A stretch of 64,000 nt of DNA from positions 31,496,001 through 31,560,000 of the forward strand of contig OZ024746.1 in NCBI GenBank assembly GCA_964016885.1. The letters are read 5' to 3'. The DNA is from Eledone cirrhosa. Taxonomy: Eukaryota. The notes below the pieces were generated by a model. That model did not search any database and was not told the DNA's origin. It saw only the letters and a list, made by a program, of their open reading frames with translations. Positions 44,037 through 59,000 of this stretch are shown one piece after another; positions within the stretch are counted from its first letter, which is position 1, and every line of letters starts with the position of its first letter. The translations under genes were made by a program, and so were the position numbers.

Positions 44037-47000
44037 TATAATGTTAGATAGTTGGCTGGCTGGGTAGTTGGATGGTTGGATGGTTAGATGGTTGGTGTGT
44101 ATAATGTTAGATAGTTGGCTGGCTGGGTGGTTGGATGGTTAGATGGTTAGCTGGTTGGTGTGTATAATGTTAGATAGTTGGCTGGCTGGATGGTTGGATG
44201 GTTAGATGGTTGGTGTGTATAATGTTAGATAGTTGGCTGGCTGGATGGTTGGATGGTTGGATGGTTAGATGGTTGGTGTGTATAATGTTAGATAGTTGGC
44301 TGGCTGGGTGGTTGGATGGTTAGATGGTTAGCTGGTTGGTGTGTATAATGTTAGATAGTTGGCTGGCTGGCTGGTCGGATGGTTAGATGGTTGGTGTGTA
44401 TAATGTTAGATAGTTGGCTGGCTGGGTGGTTGGATGGTTGGATGGTTAGATGGTTGGTGTGTATAATGTTAGATAGTTGGCTGGCTGGCTGGTTGGATGG
44501 TTGGATGGTTAGATGGTTGGTGTGTATAATGTTAGATAGTTGGCTGGCTGGGTGGTTGGATGGTTATATGGTTAGATGGTTGGTGTGTATAATGTTAGAT
44601 AGTTGGCTGGCTGGGTGGTTGGATGGTTAGATGGTTGGTGTGTATAATGTTAGATAGTTGGCTGGCTGGATGGTTGGATGGTTATATGGTTAGCTGGTTG
44701 GTGTGTATAATGTTAGATAGTTGGCTGGCTGGATGGTTGCATGGTTGGATGGTTAGATGGTTGGTGTGTATAATGTTAGATAGTTGGCTGGCTGGATGGT
44801 TGGATGGTTATATGGTTAGCTGGTTGGTGTGTATAATGTTAGATAGTTGGCTGGCTGGATGGTTGCATGGTTGGATGGTTAGATGGTTGGTGTGTATAAT
44901 GTTAGATAGTTGGCTGGCTGGATGGTTGGATGGTTATATGGTTAGCTGGTTGGTGTGTATAATGTTAGATAGTTGGCTGGCTGGATGGTTGCATGGTTGA
45001 ATGGTTAGATGGTTGGTGTGTATAATGTTAGATAGTTGGCTGGCTGGATGGTTGGATGGTTAGATGGTTGGTGTGTATAATGTTAGATAGTTGGCTGGCT
45101 GGGTGGTTGGATGGTTGGATGGTTAGATGGTTGGTGTGTATAATGTTAGATAGTTGGCTGGCTGGGTGGTTGGATGGTTGGATGGTTAGATGGTTGGTGT
45201 GTATAATGTTAGATAGTTGGCTGGCTGGATGGTTGGATGGTTAGATGGTTGGTGTGTATAATGTTAGATAGTTGGCTGGCTGGGTGGTTGGATGGTTGGA
45301 TGGTTAGATGGTTGGTGTGTATAATGTTAGATAGTTGGCTGGCTGGGTGGTTGGATGGTTGGATGGTTAGATGGTTGGTGTGTATAATGTTAGATAGTTG
45401 GCTGGCTGGGTGGTTGGATGGTTAGATGGTTGGTGTGTATAATGTTAGATAGTTGGCTGGCTGGGTGGTTGGATGGTTGGATGGTTACATGGTTGGTGTG
45501 TATAATGTTAGATAGTTGGCTGGCTGGATGGTTGGATGGTTATATGGTTAGCTGGTTGGTGTGTATAATGTTAGATAGTTGGCTGGCTGGATGGTTGCAT
45601 GGTTGAATGGTTAGATGGTTGGTGTGTATAATGTTAGATAGTTGGCTGGCTGGGTGGTTGGATGGTTGGCTGGCTGGATGGTTGGATGGTTTGATGGTTG
45701 GTGTGTATAATGTTAGATAGTTGGCTGGCTGGCTGGTCGGATGGTTAGATGGTTGGTGTGTATAATGTTAGATAGTTGGCTGGCTGGGTGGTTGGATGGT
45801 TGGATGGTTAGATGGTTGGTGTGTATAATGTTAGATAGTTGGCTGGCTGGGAGGTTGGATGGTTAGATGGTTGGTGTGTATAATGTTAGATAGTTGGCTG
45901 GCTGGGTGGTTGGATGGTTGGATGGTTAGATGGTTGGTGTGTATAATGTTAGATAGTTGGCTGGCTGGATGGTTGGATGGTTGGATGGTTAGATGGTTGG
46001 TGTGTATAATGTTAGCTAGTTGGCTGGCTGGGTGGTTGGATGGTTGGATGGTTAGATGGTTGGTGTGTATAATGTTAGATAGTTGGCTGGCTGGGTGGTT
46101 GGATGGTTGGATGGTTAGATGGTTGGTGTGTATAATGCTAGATAGTTTGCTGGCTGGATGGTTGGATGGTTGGATGGTTAGATGGTTGGTGTGTATAATG
46201 TTAGATAGTTGGCTGGCTGGGTGGTTGGATGGTTAGATGGTTGGTGTGTATAATGTTAGATAGTTGGCTGGCTGGGTGGTTGGATGGTTGGATGGTTAGA
46301 TGGTTGGTGTGTATAATGTTAGATAGTTGGCTGGCTGGGTGGTTGGATGGTTGGATGGTTAGATGGTTGGTGTGTATAATGTTAGATAGTTGGCTGGCTG
46401 GGTGGTTGGATGGTTGGATGGTTAGATGGTTGGTGTGTATAATGTTAGATAGTTGGCTGGCTGGGTGGTTGGATGGTTGGATGGTTAGATGGTTGGTGTG
46501 TATAATGTTAGATAGTTGGCTGGCTGGGTGGTTGGATGGTTAGATGGTTGGTGTGTATAATGTTAGATAGTTGGCTGGCTGGGTGGTTGGATGGTTGGAT
46601 GGTTAGATGGTTGGTGTGTATAATGTTAGATAGTTGGCTGGCTGGGTGGTTGGATGGTTGGATGGTTAGATGGTTGGTGTGTATAATGTTAGATAGTTGG
46701 CTGGCTGGGTGGTTGGATGGTTGGATGGTTGGTGTGTATAATGTTAGATAGTTGGCTGGCTGGGTGGTTGGATGGTTGGATGGTTAGATGATTGGTGTGT
46801 ATAATGTTAGATAGTTGGCTGGCTGGGTGGTTGGATGGTTAGATGGTTGGTGTGTATAATGTTAGATAGTTGGCTGGCTGGGTGGTTGGATGGTTAGATG
46901 GTTGGTGTGTATAATGTTTGATAGTTGGCTGGCTGGGTGGTTGGATGGTTGGATGGTTAGATGGTTGGTGTGTATAATGTTAGATAGTTGGCTGGCTGGG

Positions 47001-50000
47001 TGGTTGGATGGTTGGATGGTTAGATGGTTGGTGTGTATAATGTTAGATAGTTGGCTGGCTGGGTGTTGGATGGTTAGATGGTTGGTGTGTATAATGTTAG
47101 ATAGTTGGCTGGCTGGGTGGTTGGATGGTTGGATGGTTAGATGGTTGGTGTGTATAATGTTAGATAGTTGGCTGGATGGATGGTTGGATGGTTATATGGT
47201 CGGTGTGTATAATGTTAGATAGTTGGCTGGCTGGGTGGTTGGATGGTTAGATGGTTGGTGTGTATAATGTTAGATAGTTGGCTGGCTGGATGGTTGGATG
47301 GTTAGATGGTTGGTGTGTATAATGTTAGATAGTTGGCTGGCTGGGTGGTTGGATGGTTGGATGGTTAGATGGTTGGTGTGTATAATGTTAGCTAGTTGGC
47401 TGGCTGGGTGGTTGGATGGTTTGATGGTTGGTGTGTATAATGTTAGATAGTTGGCTGGCTGGATGGTTGGATGGTTAGATGGTTGGTGTGTATAATGTTA
47501 GATAGTTGGCTGGCTGGATGGTTGGATGGTTGGATGGTTAGATGGTTGGTGTGTATAATGTTAGATAGTTGGCTGGCTGGGTGGTTGGATGGTTAGATGG
47601 TTGGTGTGTATAATGTTAGCTAGTTGGCTGGCTGGATGGTTGGATGGTTTGATGGTTGGTGTGTATAATGTTAGATAGTTGGCTGGCTGGATGGTTGGAT
47701 GGTTAGATGGTTGGTGTGTATAATGTTAGGTAGTTGGCTGGCTGGGTGGTTGGATGGTTGGATGGTTGGTGTGTATAATGTTAGATAGTTGGCTGGCTGG
47801 GTGGTTGGATGGTTGGTGTGTATAATGTTAGATAGTTGGCTGGCTGGGTGGTTGGATGGTTGGCTGGCTGGATGGTTGGATGGTTTGATGGTTGGTGTGT
47901 ATAATGTTAGATAGTTGGCTGGCTGGATGGTTGGATGGTTAGATGGTTGGTGTGTATAATGTTAGATAGTTGGCTGGCTGGGTGGTTGGATGGTTGGCTG
48001 GCTGGATGGTTGGATGGTTTGATGGTTGGTGTGTATAATGTTAGATAGTTGGCTGGCTGGATGGTTGGATGGTTAGATGGTTGGTGTGTATAATGTTAGA
48101 TAGTTGGCTGGCTGGGTGGTTGGATGGTTGGTGTGTATAATGTTAGATAGTTGGCTGGCTGGATGGTTGGATGGTTAGATGGTTGGTGTGTATAATGTTA
48201 GATAGTTGGCTGGATGGGCGGTTGGATGGTTGGATGGTTAGATGGTTGGTGTGTATAATGTTAGATAGTTGGCTGGCTGGGTGGTTGGATGGTTGGATGG
48301 TTAGATGGTTGGTGTGTATAATGTTAGATAGTTGGCTGGCTGGGTGGTTGGATGGTTAGATGGTTGGTGTGTATAATGTTAGATAGTTGGCTGGCTGGGT
48401 GGTTGGATGGTTAGATGGTTGGTGTGTATAATGTTAGATAGTTGGCTGGCTGGATGGTTGGATGGTTAGATGGTTGGTGTGTATAATGTTAGATAGTTGG
48501 CTGGCTGGGTGGTTGGATGGTTGGATGGTTAGATGGTTGGTGTGTATAATGTTAGATAGTTGGCTGGCTGGGTGGTTGGATGGTTAGATGGTTGGTGTGT
48601 ATAATGTTAGATAGTTGGCTGGCTGGGAGGTTGGATGGTTGGATGGTTAGATGGTTGGTGTGTATAATGTTAGATAGTTGGCTGGCTGGGTGGTTGGATG
48701 GTTAGATGGTTGGTGTGTATAATGTTAGGTAGTTGGCTGGCTGGATGGTTGGATGGTTAGATGGTTGGTGTGTATAATGTTAGGTAGTTGGCTGGCTGGG
48801 TGGTTGGATGGTTAGATGGTTGGTGTGTATAATGTTAGATAGTTGGCTGGCTGGATGGTTGGATGGTTAGATGGTTGGTGTGTATAATGTTAGATAGTTG
48901 GCTGGCTGGGTGGTTGGATGGTTGGATGGTTAGATGGTTGGTGTGTATAATGTTAGATAGTTGGCTGGCTGGGTGGTTGGATGGTTAGATGGTTGGTGTG
49001 TATAATGTTAGATAGTTGGCTGGCTGGATGGTTGGATGGTTAGATGGTTGGTGTGTATAATGTTAGGTAGTTGGCTGGCTGGATGGTTGGATGGTTAGAT
49101 GGTTGGTGTGTATGTTAGGTAGTTGGCTGGCTGGGTGGTTGGATGGTTGGATGGTTAGATGGTTTGTGTGTATAATGTTAGATAGTTGGCTGGCTGGGTG
49201 GTTGGATGGTTGGATGGTTAGATGGTTGGTGTGTATAATGTTAGCTAGTTGGCTGGCTGGGTGGTTGGATGGTTAGATGGTTGGTGTGTATAATGTTAGA
49301 TAGTTGGCTGGCTGGGTGGTTGGATGGTTAGATGGTTGGTGTGTATAATGTTAGATAGTTGGCTGGCTGGGTGGTTGGATAGTTGGATGGTTAGATGGTT
49401 GGTGTGTATAATGTTAGATAGTTGGCTGGCTGGCTGGTTGGATGGTTGGATGGTTAGATGGTTGGTGTGTATAATGTTAGATAATTGGCTGGCTGGGTGG
49501 TTGGATGGTTAGATGGTTGGTGTGTATAATGTTAGGTAGTTGGCTGGCTGGATGGTTGGATGGTTAGATGGTTGGTGTGTATAATGTTAGGTAGTTGGCT
49601 GGCTGGGTGGTTGGATGGTTAGCTGGTTGGTGTGTATAATGTTAGATAGTTGGCTGGCTGGGTGGATGGTTGGATGGTTAGCTGGTTGGTGTGTATAATG
49701 TTAGATAGTTGGCTGGCTGGGTGGTTGGATGGTTAGATGGTTGGTGTGTGTATAATGTTAGATAGTTGGCTGGCTGGATGGTTGGATGGTTAGCTGGTTG
49801 GTGTGTATAATGTTAGATAGTTGGCTGGCTGGATGGTTGGATGGTTAGCTGGTTGGTGTGTATAATGTTAGATAGTTGGCTGGCTGGGTGGTTGGATGGT
49901 TGGATGGTTAGATGGTTGGTGTGTATAATGTTAGATAGTTGGCTGGCTGGGTGGTTGGATGGTTAGATGGTTGATGTGTATAATGTTAGATAGTTGGCTG

Positions 50001-53000
50001 GCTGGGTGGTTGGATGGTTAGATGGTTGGTGTGTATAATGTTAGATAGTTGGCTGGCTGGGTAGTTGGATGGTTGGATGGTTAGATGGTTGGTGTGTATA
50101 ATGTTAGATAGTTGGCTGGCTGGGTGGTTGGATGGTTAGATGGTTAGCTGGTTGGTGTGTATAATGTTAGATAGTTGGCTGGCTGGATGGTTGGATGGTT
50201 AGATGGTTGGTGTGTATAATGTTAGATAGTTGGCTGGCTGGATGGTTGGATGGTTGGATGGTTAGATGGTTGGTGTGTATAATGTTAGATAGTTGGCTGG
50301 CTGGGTGGTTGGATGGTTAGATGGTTAGCTGGTTGGTGTGTATAATGTTAGATAGTTGGCTGGCTGGCTGGTCGGATGGTTAGATGGTTGGTGTGTATAA
50401 TGTTAGATAGTTGGCTGGCTGGGTGGTTGGATGGTTGGATGGTTAGATGGTTGGTGTGTATAATGTTAGATAGTTGGCTGGCTGGCTGGTTGGATGGTTG
50501 GATGGTTAGATGGTTGGTGTGTATAATGTTAGATAGTTGGCTGGCTGGGTGGTTGGATGGTTATATGGTTAGATGGTTGGTGTGTATAATGTTAGATAGT
50601 TGGCTGGCTGGGTGGTTGGATGGTTAGATGGTTGGTGTGTATAATGTTAGATAGTTGGCTGGCTGGATGGTTGGATGGTTATATGGTTAGCTGGTTGGTG
50701 TGTATAATGTTAGATAGTTGGCTGGCTGGATGGTTGCATGGTTGGATGGTTAGATGGTTGGTGTGTATAATGTTAGATAGTTGGCTGGCTGGATGGTTGG
50801 ATGGTTATATGGTTAGCTGGTTGGTGTGTATAATGTTAGATAGTTGGCTGGCTGGATGGTTGCATGGTTGGATGGTTAGATGGTTGGTGTGTATAATGTT
50901 AGATAGTTGGCTGGCTGGATGGTTGGATGGTTATATGGTTAGCTGGTTGGTGTGTATAATGTTAGATAGTTGGCTGGCTGGATGGTTGCATGGTTGAATG
51001 GTTAGATGGTTGGTGTGTATAATGTTAGATAGTTGGCTGGCTGGATGGTTGGATGGTTAGATGGTTGGTGTGTATAATGTTAGATAGTTGGCTGGCTGGG
51101 TGGTTGGATGGTTGGATGGTTAGATGGTTGGTGTGTATAATGTTAGATAGTTGGCTGGCTGGGTGGTTGGATGGTTGGATGGTTAGATGGTTGGTGTGTA
51201 TAATGTTAGATAGTTGGCTGGCTGGATGGTTGGATGGTTAGATGGTTGGTGTGTATAATGTTAGATAGTTGGCTGGCTGGGTGGTTGGATGGTTGGATGG
51301 TTAGATGGTTGGTGTGTATAATGTTAGATAGTTGGCTGGCTGGGTGGTTGGATGGTTGGATGGTTAGATGGTTGGTGTGTATAATGTTAGATAGTTGGCT
51401 GGCTGGGTGGTTGGATGGTTAGATGGTTGGTGTGTATAATGTTAGATAGTTGGCTGGCTGGGTGGTTGGATGGTTGGATGGTTACATGGTTGGTGTGTAT
51501 AATGTTAGATAGTTGGCTGGCTGGATGGTTGGATGGTTATATGGTTAGCTGGTTGGTGTGTATAATGTTAGATAGTTGGCTGGCTGGATGGTTGCATGGT
51601 TGAATGGTTAGATGGTTGGTGTGTATAATGTTAGATAGTTGGCTGGCTGGGTGGTTGGATGGTTGGCTGGCTGGATGGTTGGATGGTTTGATGGTTGGTG
51701 TGTATAATGTTAGATAGTTGGCTGGCTGGCTGGTCGGATGGTTAGATGGTTGGTGTGTATAATGTTAGATAGTTGGCTGGCTGGGTGGTTGGATGGTTGG
51801 ATGGTTAGATGGTTGGTGTGTATAATGTTAGATAGTTGGCTGGCTGGGAGGTTGGATGGTTAGATGGTTGGTGTGTATAATGTTAGATAGTTGGCTGGCT
51901 GGGTGGTTGGATGGTTGGATGGTTAGATGGTTGGTGTGTATAATGTTAGATAGTTGGCTGGCTGGATGGTTGGATGGTTGGATGGTTAGATGGTTGGTGT
52001 GTATAATGTTAGCTAGTTGGCTGGCTGGGTGGTTGGATGGTTGGATGGTTAGATGGTTGGTGTGTATAATGTTAGATAGTTGGCTGGCTGGGTGGTTGGA
52101 TGGTTGGATGGTTAGATGGTTGGTGTGTATAATGCTAGATAGTTTGCTGGCTGGATGGTTGGATGGTTGGATGGTTAGATGGTTGGTGTGTATAATGTTA
52201 GATAGTTGGCTGGCTGGGTGGTTGGATGGTTAGATGGTTGGTGTGTATAATGTTAGATAGTTGGCTGGCTGGGTGGTTGGATGGTTGGATGGTTAGATGG
52301 TTGGTGTGTATAATGTTAGATAGTTGGCTGGCTGGGTGGTTGGATGGTTGGATGGTTAGATGGTTGGTGTGTATAATGTTAGATAGTTGGCTGGCTGGGT
52401 GGTTGGATGGTTGGATGGTTAGATGGTTGGTGTGTATAATGTTAGATAGTTGGCTGGCTGGGTGGTTGGATGGTTGGATGGTTAGATGGTTGGTGTGTAT
52501 AATGTTAGATAGTTGGCTGGCTGGGTGGTTGGATGGTTAGATGGTTGGTGTGTATAATGTTAGATAGTTGGCTGGCTGGGTGGTTGGATGGTTGGATGGT
52601 TAGATGGTTGGTGTGTATAATGTTAGATAGTTGGCTGGCTGGGTGGTTGGATGGTTGGATGGTTAGATGGTTGGTGTGTATAATGTTAGATAGTTGGCTG
52701 GCTGGGTGGTTGGATGGTTGGATGGTTGGTGTGTATAATGTTAGATAGTTGGCTGGCTGGGTGGTTGGATGGTTGGATGGTTAGATGATTGGTGTGTATA
52801 ATGTTAGATAGTTGGCTGGCTGGGTGGTTGGATGGTTAGATGGTTGGTGTGTATAATGTTAGATAGTTGGCTGGCTGGGTGGTTGGATGGTTAGATGGTT
52901 GGTGTGTATAATGTTTGATAGTTGGCTGGCTGGGTGGTTGGATGGTTGGATGGTTAGATGGTTGGTGTGTATAATGTTAGATAGTTGGCTGGCTGGGTGG

Positions 53001-56000
53001 TTGGATGGTTGGATGGTTAGATGGTTGGTGTGTATAATGTTAGATAGTTGGCTGGCTGGGTGTTGGATGGTTAGATGGTTGGTGTGTATAATGTTAGATA
53101 GTTGGCTGGCTGGGTGGTTGGATGGTTGGATGGTTAGATGGTTGGTGTGTATAATGTTAGATAGTTGGCTGGATGGATGGTTGGATGGTTATATGGTCGG
53201 TGTGTATAATGTTAGATAGTTGGCTGGCTGGGTGGTTGGATGGTTAGATGGTTGGTGTGTATAATGTTAGATAGTTGGCTGGCTGGATGGTTGGATGGTT
53301 AGATGGTTGGTGTGTATAATGTTAGATAGTTGGCTGGCTGGGTGGTTGGATGGTTGGATGGTTAGATGGTTGGTGTGTATAATGTTAGCTAGTTGGCTGG
53401 CTGGGTGGTTGGATGGTTTGATGGTTGGTGTGTATAATGTTAGATAGTTGGCTGGCTGGATGGTTGGATGGTTAGATGGTTGGTGTGTATAATGTTAGAT
53501 AGTTGGCTGGCTGGATGGTTGGATGGTTGGATGGTTAGATGGTTGGTGTGTATAATGTTAGATAGTTGGCTGGCTGGGTGGTTGGATGGTTAGATGGTTG
53601 GTGTGTATAATGTTAGCTAGTTGGCTGGCTGGATGGTTGGATGGTTTGATGGTTGGTGTGTATAATGTTAGATAGTTGGCTGGCTGGATGGTTGGATGGT
53701 TAGATGGTTGGTGTGTATAATGTTAGGTAGTTGGCTGGCTGGGTGGTTGGATGGTTGGATGGTTGGTGTGTATAATGTTAGATAGTTGGCTGGCTGGGTG
53801 GTTGGATGGTTGGTGTGTATAATGTTAGATAGTTGGCTGGCTGGGTGGTTGGATGGTTGGCTGGCTGGATGGTTGGATGGTTTGATGGTTGGTGTGTATA
53901 ATGTTAGATAGTTGGCTGGCTGGATGGTTGGATGGTTAGATGGTTGGTGTGTATAATGTTAGATAGTTGGCTGGCTGGGTGGTTGGATGGTTGGCTGGCT
54001 GGATGGTTGGATGGTTTGATGGTTGGTGTGTATAATGTTAGATAGTTGGCTGGCTGGATGGTTGGATGGTTAGATGGTTGGTGTGTATAATGTTAGATAG
54101 TTGGCTGGCTGGGTGGTTGGATGGTTGGTGTGTATAATGTTAGATAGTTGGCTGGCTGGATGGTTGGATGGTTAGATGGTTGGTGTGTATAATGTTAGAT
54201 AGTTGGCTGGATGGGCGGTTGGATGGTTGGATGGTTAGATGGTTGGTGTGTATAATGTTAGATAGTTGGCTGGCTGGGTGGTTGGATGGTTGGATGGTTA
54301 GATGGTTGGTGTGTATAATGTTAGATAGTTGGCTGGCTGGGTGGTTGGATGGTTAGATGGTTGGTGTGTATAATGTTAGATAGTTGGCTGGCTGGGTGGT
54401 TGGATGGTTAGATGGTTGGTGTGTATAATGTTAGATAGTTGGCTGGCTGGATGGTTGGATGGTTAGATGGCTGGTGTGTATAATGTTAGGTAGTTGGCTG
54501 GCTGGATGGTTGGATGGTTAGATGGTTGGTGTGTATAATGTTAGGTAGTTGGCTGGCTGGATGGTTGGATGGTTAGATGGTTGGTGTGTATAATGTTAGA
54601 TAGTTGGCTGGCTGGATGGTTGGATGGTTAGATGGTTGGTGTGTATAATGTTAGATAGTTGGCTGGCTGGGTGGTTGGATGGTTGGATGGTTAGATGGTT
54701 GGTGTGTATAATGTTAGATAGTTGGCTGGCTGGGTGGTTGGATGGTTAGATGGTTGGTGTGTATAATGTTAGATAGTTGGCTGGCTGGGGGGTTGGATGG
54801 TTGGATGGTTAGATGGTTGGTGTGTATAATGTTAGATAGTTGGCTGGCTGGGTGGTTGGATGGTTAGATGGTTGGTGTGTATAATGTTAGGTAGTTGGCT
54901 GGCTGGATGGTTGGATGGTTAGATGGTTGGTGTGTATAATGTTAGGTAGTTGGCTGGCTGGGTGGTTGGATGGTTAGATGGTTGGTGTGTATAATGTTAG
55001 ATAGTTGGCTGGCTGGATGGTTGGATGGTTAGATGGTTGGTGTGTATAATGTTAGATAGTTGGCTGGCTGGGTGGTTGGATGGTTGGATGGTTAGATGGT
55101 TGGTGTGTATAATGTTAGATAGTTGGCTGGCTGGGTGGTTGGATGGTTAGATGGTTGGTGTGTATAATGTTAGATAGTTGGCTGGCTGGATGGTTGGATG
55201 GTTAGATGGTTGGTGTGTATAATGTTAGGTAGTTGGCTGGCTGGATGGTTGGATGGTTAGATGGTTGGTGTGTATGTTAGGTAGTTGGCTGGCTGGGTGG
55301 TTGGATGGTTGGATGGTTAGATGGTTGGTGTGTATAATGTTAGATAGTTGGCTGGCTGGGTGGTTGGATGGTTGGATGGTTAGATGGTTGGTGTGTATAA
55401 TGTTAGCTAGTTGGCTGGCTGGGTGGTTGGATGGTTAGATGGTTGGTGTGTATAATGTTAGATAGTTGGCTGGCTGGGTGGTTGGATGGTTAGATGGTTG
55501 GTGTGTATAATGTTAGATAGTTGGCTGGCTGGGTGGTTGGATAGTTGGATGGTTAGATGGTTGGTGTGTATAATGTTAGATAGTTGGCTGGCTGGCTGGT
55601 TGGATGGTTGGATGGTTAGATGGTTGGTGTGTATAATGTTAGATAATTGGCTGGCTGGGTGGTTGGATGGTTAGATGGTTGGTGTGTATAATGTTAGGTA
55701 GTTGGCTGGCTGGATGGTTGGATGGTTAGATGGTTGGTGTGTAAAATGTTAGGTAGTTGGCTGGCTGGGTGGTTGGATGGTTAGATGGTTGGTGTGTATA
55801 ATGTTAGATAGTTGGCTGGCTGGATGGTTGGATGGTTAGATGGTTGGTGTGTATAATGTTAGATAGTTGGCTGGCTGGGTGGTTGGATGGTTGGATTGTT
55901 AGATGGTTGGTGTGTATAATGTTAGATAGTTGGCTGGCTGGATGGTTGGATGGTTAGATGGTTGGTGTGTATAATGTTAGGTAGTTGGCTGGCTGGATGG

Positions 56001-59000
56001 TTGGATGGTTAGATGGTTGGTGTGTATAATGTTAGGTAGTTGGCTGGCTGGGTGGTTGGATGGTTGGATGGTTGGTGTGTATAATGTTAGATAGTTGGCT
56101 GGCTGGGTGGTTGGATGGTTGGTGTGTATAATGTTAGATAGTTGGCTGGCTGGGTGGTTGGATGGTTAGATGGTTAGATGGTTGGTGTGTATAATGTTAG
56201 ATAGTTGGCTTGCTGGGTGGTTGAATGGTTAGATGGTTGGTGTGTATAATGTTAGATAGTTGGCTGGCTGGGTGGTTGGATAGTTGGATGGTTAGATGGT
56301 TGGTGTGTATAATGTTAGATAGTTGGCTGGCTGGCTGGTTGGATGGTTGGATGGTTAGATGGTTGGTGTGTATAATGTTAGATAGTTGGCTGGCTGGGTG
56401 GTTGGATGGTTGGATGGTTAGATGGTTGGTGTGTATAATGTTAGATAGTTGGCTGGCTGGGTGGTTGGATGGTTAGATGGTTGGTGTGTATAATGTTAGA
56501 TAGTTGGCTGGCTGGGTGGTTGGATAGTTGGATGGTTAGATGGTTGGTGTGTATAATGTTAGATAGTTGGCTGGCTGGCTGGTTGGTTGGTTGGATGGTT
56601 AGATGGTTGGTGTGTATAATGTTAGATAGTTGGCTGGCTGGGTGGTTGGATGGTTGGATGGTTAGATGGTTGGTGTGTATAATGTTAGATAGTTGGCTGG
56701 CTGGGTGGTTGGCTGGCTGGATGGTTAGATGGTTGGTGTGTATAATGTTAGCTAGTTGGCTGGCTGGGTGGTTGGATGGTTAGATGGTTGGTGTGTATAA
56801 TGTTAGATAGTTGGCTGGCTGGGTGGTTGGATGGTTAGATGGTTGGTGTGTATAATGTTAGATAGTTGGCTGGCTGGGTGGTTGGATAGTTGGATGGTTA
56901 GATGGTTGGTGTGTATAATGTTAGATAGTTGGCTGGCTGGCTGGTTGGATGGTTGGATGGTTAGATGGTTGGTGTGTATAATGTTAGATAGTTGGCTGGC
57001 TGGGTGGTTGGATGGTTGGATGGTTAGATGGTTGGTGTGTATAATGTTAGATAGTTGGCTGGCTGGGTGGTTGGATGGTTGGATGGTTAGATGGTTGGTG
57101 TGTATAATGTTAGATAGCTGGCTGGCTGGGTGGTTGGATGGTTAGATGGTTGGTGTGTATAATGTTAGATAGTTGGCTGGCTGGATGGTTGGATTGTTAG
57201 ATGGTTGGTGTGTATAATGTTAGATAGTTGGCTGGCTGGGTGGTTGGATGGTTGGATGGTTAGATGGTTGGTGTGTATAATGTTAGATAGTTGGCTGGCT
57301 GGATGGTTGGATGGTTGAATGGTTAGATGGTTGGTGTGTATAATGTTAGATAGTTGGCTGGCTGGGTGGTTGGATGGTTAGATGGTTGGTGTGTATAATG
57401 TTAGATAGTTGGCTGGCTGGGTGGTTGGATGGTTGGATGGTTAGATGGTTGGTGTGTATAATGTTAGATAGTTGGCTGGCTGGATGGTTGGATGGTTAGA
57501 TGGTTGGTGTGTATAATGTTAGATAGTTGGCTGGCTGGGTGGTTGGATGGTTGGATGGTTAGATGGTTGGTGTGTATAATGTTAGATAGTTGGCTGGCTG
57601 GCTGGTTGGATGGTTGGATGGTTAGATGGTTGGTGTGTATAATGTTAGATAGTTGGCTGGCTGGGTGGTTGGATGGTTGGATGGTTAGATGGTTGGTGTG
57701 TATAATGTTAGATAGTTGGCTGGCTGGGTGGTTGGATGGTTAGATGGTTGGTGTGTATAATGTTAGATAGTTGGCTGGCTGGGTGGTTGGATAGTTGGAT
57801 GGTTAGATGGTTGGTGTGTATAATGTTAGATAGTTGGCTGGCTGGCTGGTTGGTTGGTTGGATGGTTAGATGGTTGGTGTGTATAATGTTAGATAGTTGG
57901 CTGGCTGGGTGGTTGGATGGTTGGATGGTTAGATGGTTGGTGTGTATAATGTTAGATAGTTGGCTGGCTGGGTGGTTGGCTGGCTGGATGGTTAGATGGT
58001 TGGTGTGTATAATGTTAGCTAGTTGGCTGGCTGGGTGGTTGGATGGTTAGATGGTTGGTGTGTATAATGTTAGATAGTTGGCTGGCTGGGTGGTTGGATG
58101 GTTAGATGGTTGGTGTGTATAATGTTAGATAGTTGGCTGGCTGGGTGGTTGGATAGTTGGATGGTTAGATGGTTGGTGTGTATAATGTTAGATAGTTGGC
58201 TGGCTGGCTGGTTGGATGGTTGGATGGTTAGATGGTTGGTGTGTATAATGTTAGATAGTTGGCTGGCTGGGTGGTTGGATGGTTGGATGGTTAGATGGTT
58301 GGTGTGTATAATGTTAGATAGTTGGCTGGCTGGGTGGTTGGATGGTTGGATGGTTAGATGGTTGGTGTGTATAATGTTAGATAGCTGGCTGGCTGGGTGG
58401 TTGGATGGTTAGATGGTTGGTGTGTATAATGTTAGATAGTTGGCTGGCTGGATGGTTGGATTGTTAGATGGTTGGTGTGTATAATGTTAGATAGTTGGCT
58501 GGCTGGGTGGTTGGATGGTTGGATGGTTAGATGGTTGGTGTGTATAATGTTAGATAGTTGGCTGGCTGGATGGTTGGATGGTTGGATGGTTAGATGGTTG
58601 GTGTGTATAATGTTAGATAGTTGGCTGGCTGGGTGGTTGGATGGTTAGATGGTTGGTGTGTATAATGTTAGATAGTTGGCTGGCTGGGTGGTTGGATGGT
58701 TGGATGGTTAGATGGTTGGTGTGTATAATGTTAGATAGTTGGCTGGCTGGGTGGTTGGATGGTTGGATGGTTAGATGGTTGGTGTGTATAATGTTAGATA
58801 GTTGGCTGGCTGGGTGGTTGGATGGTTGGATGGTTAGATGGTTGGTGTGTATAATGTTAGATAGTTGGCTGGCTGGGTGGTTGGATGGTTGGATGGTTAG
58901 ATGGTTGGTGTGTATAATGTTAGATAGTTGGCTGGCTGGGTGGTTGGATGGTTGGATGGTTAGATGGTTGGTGTGTATAATGTTAGATAGTTGGCTGGCT

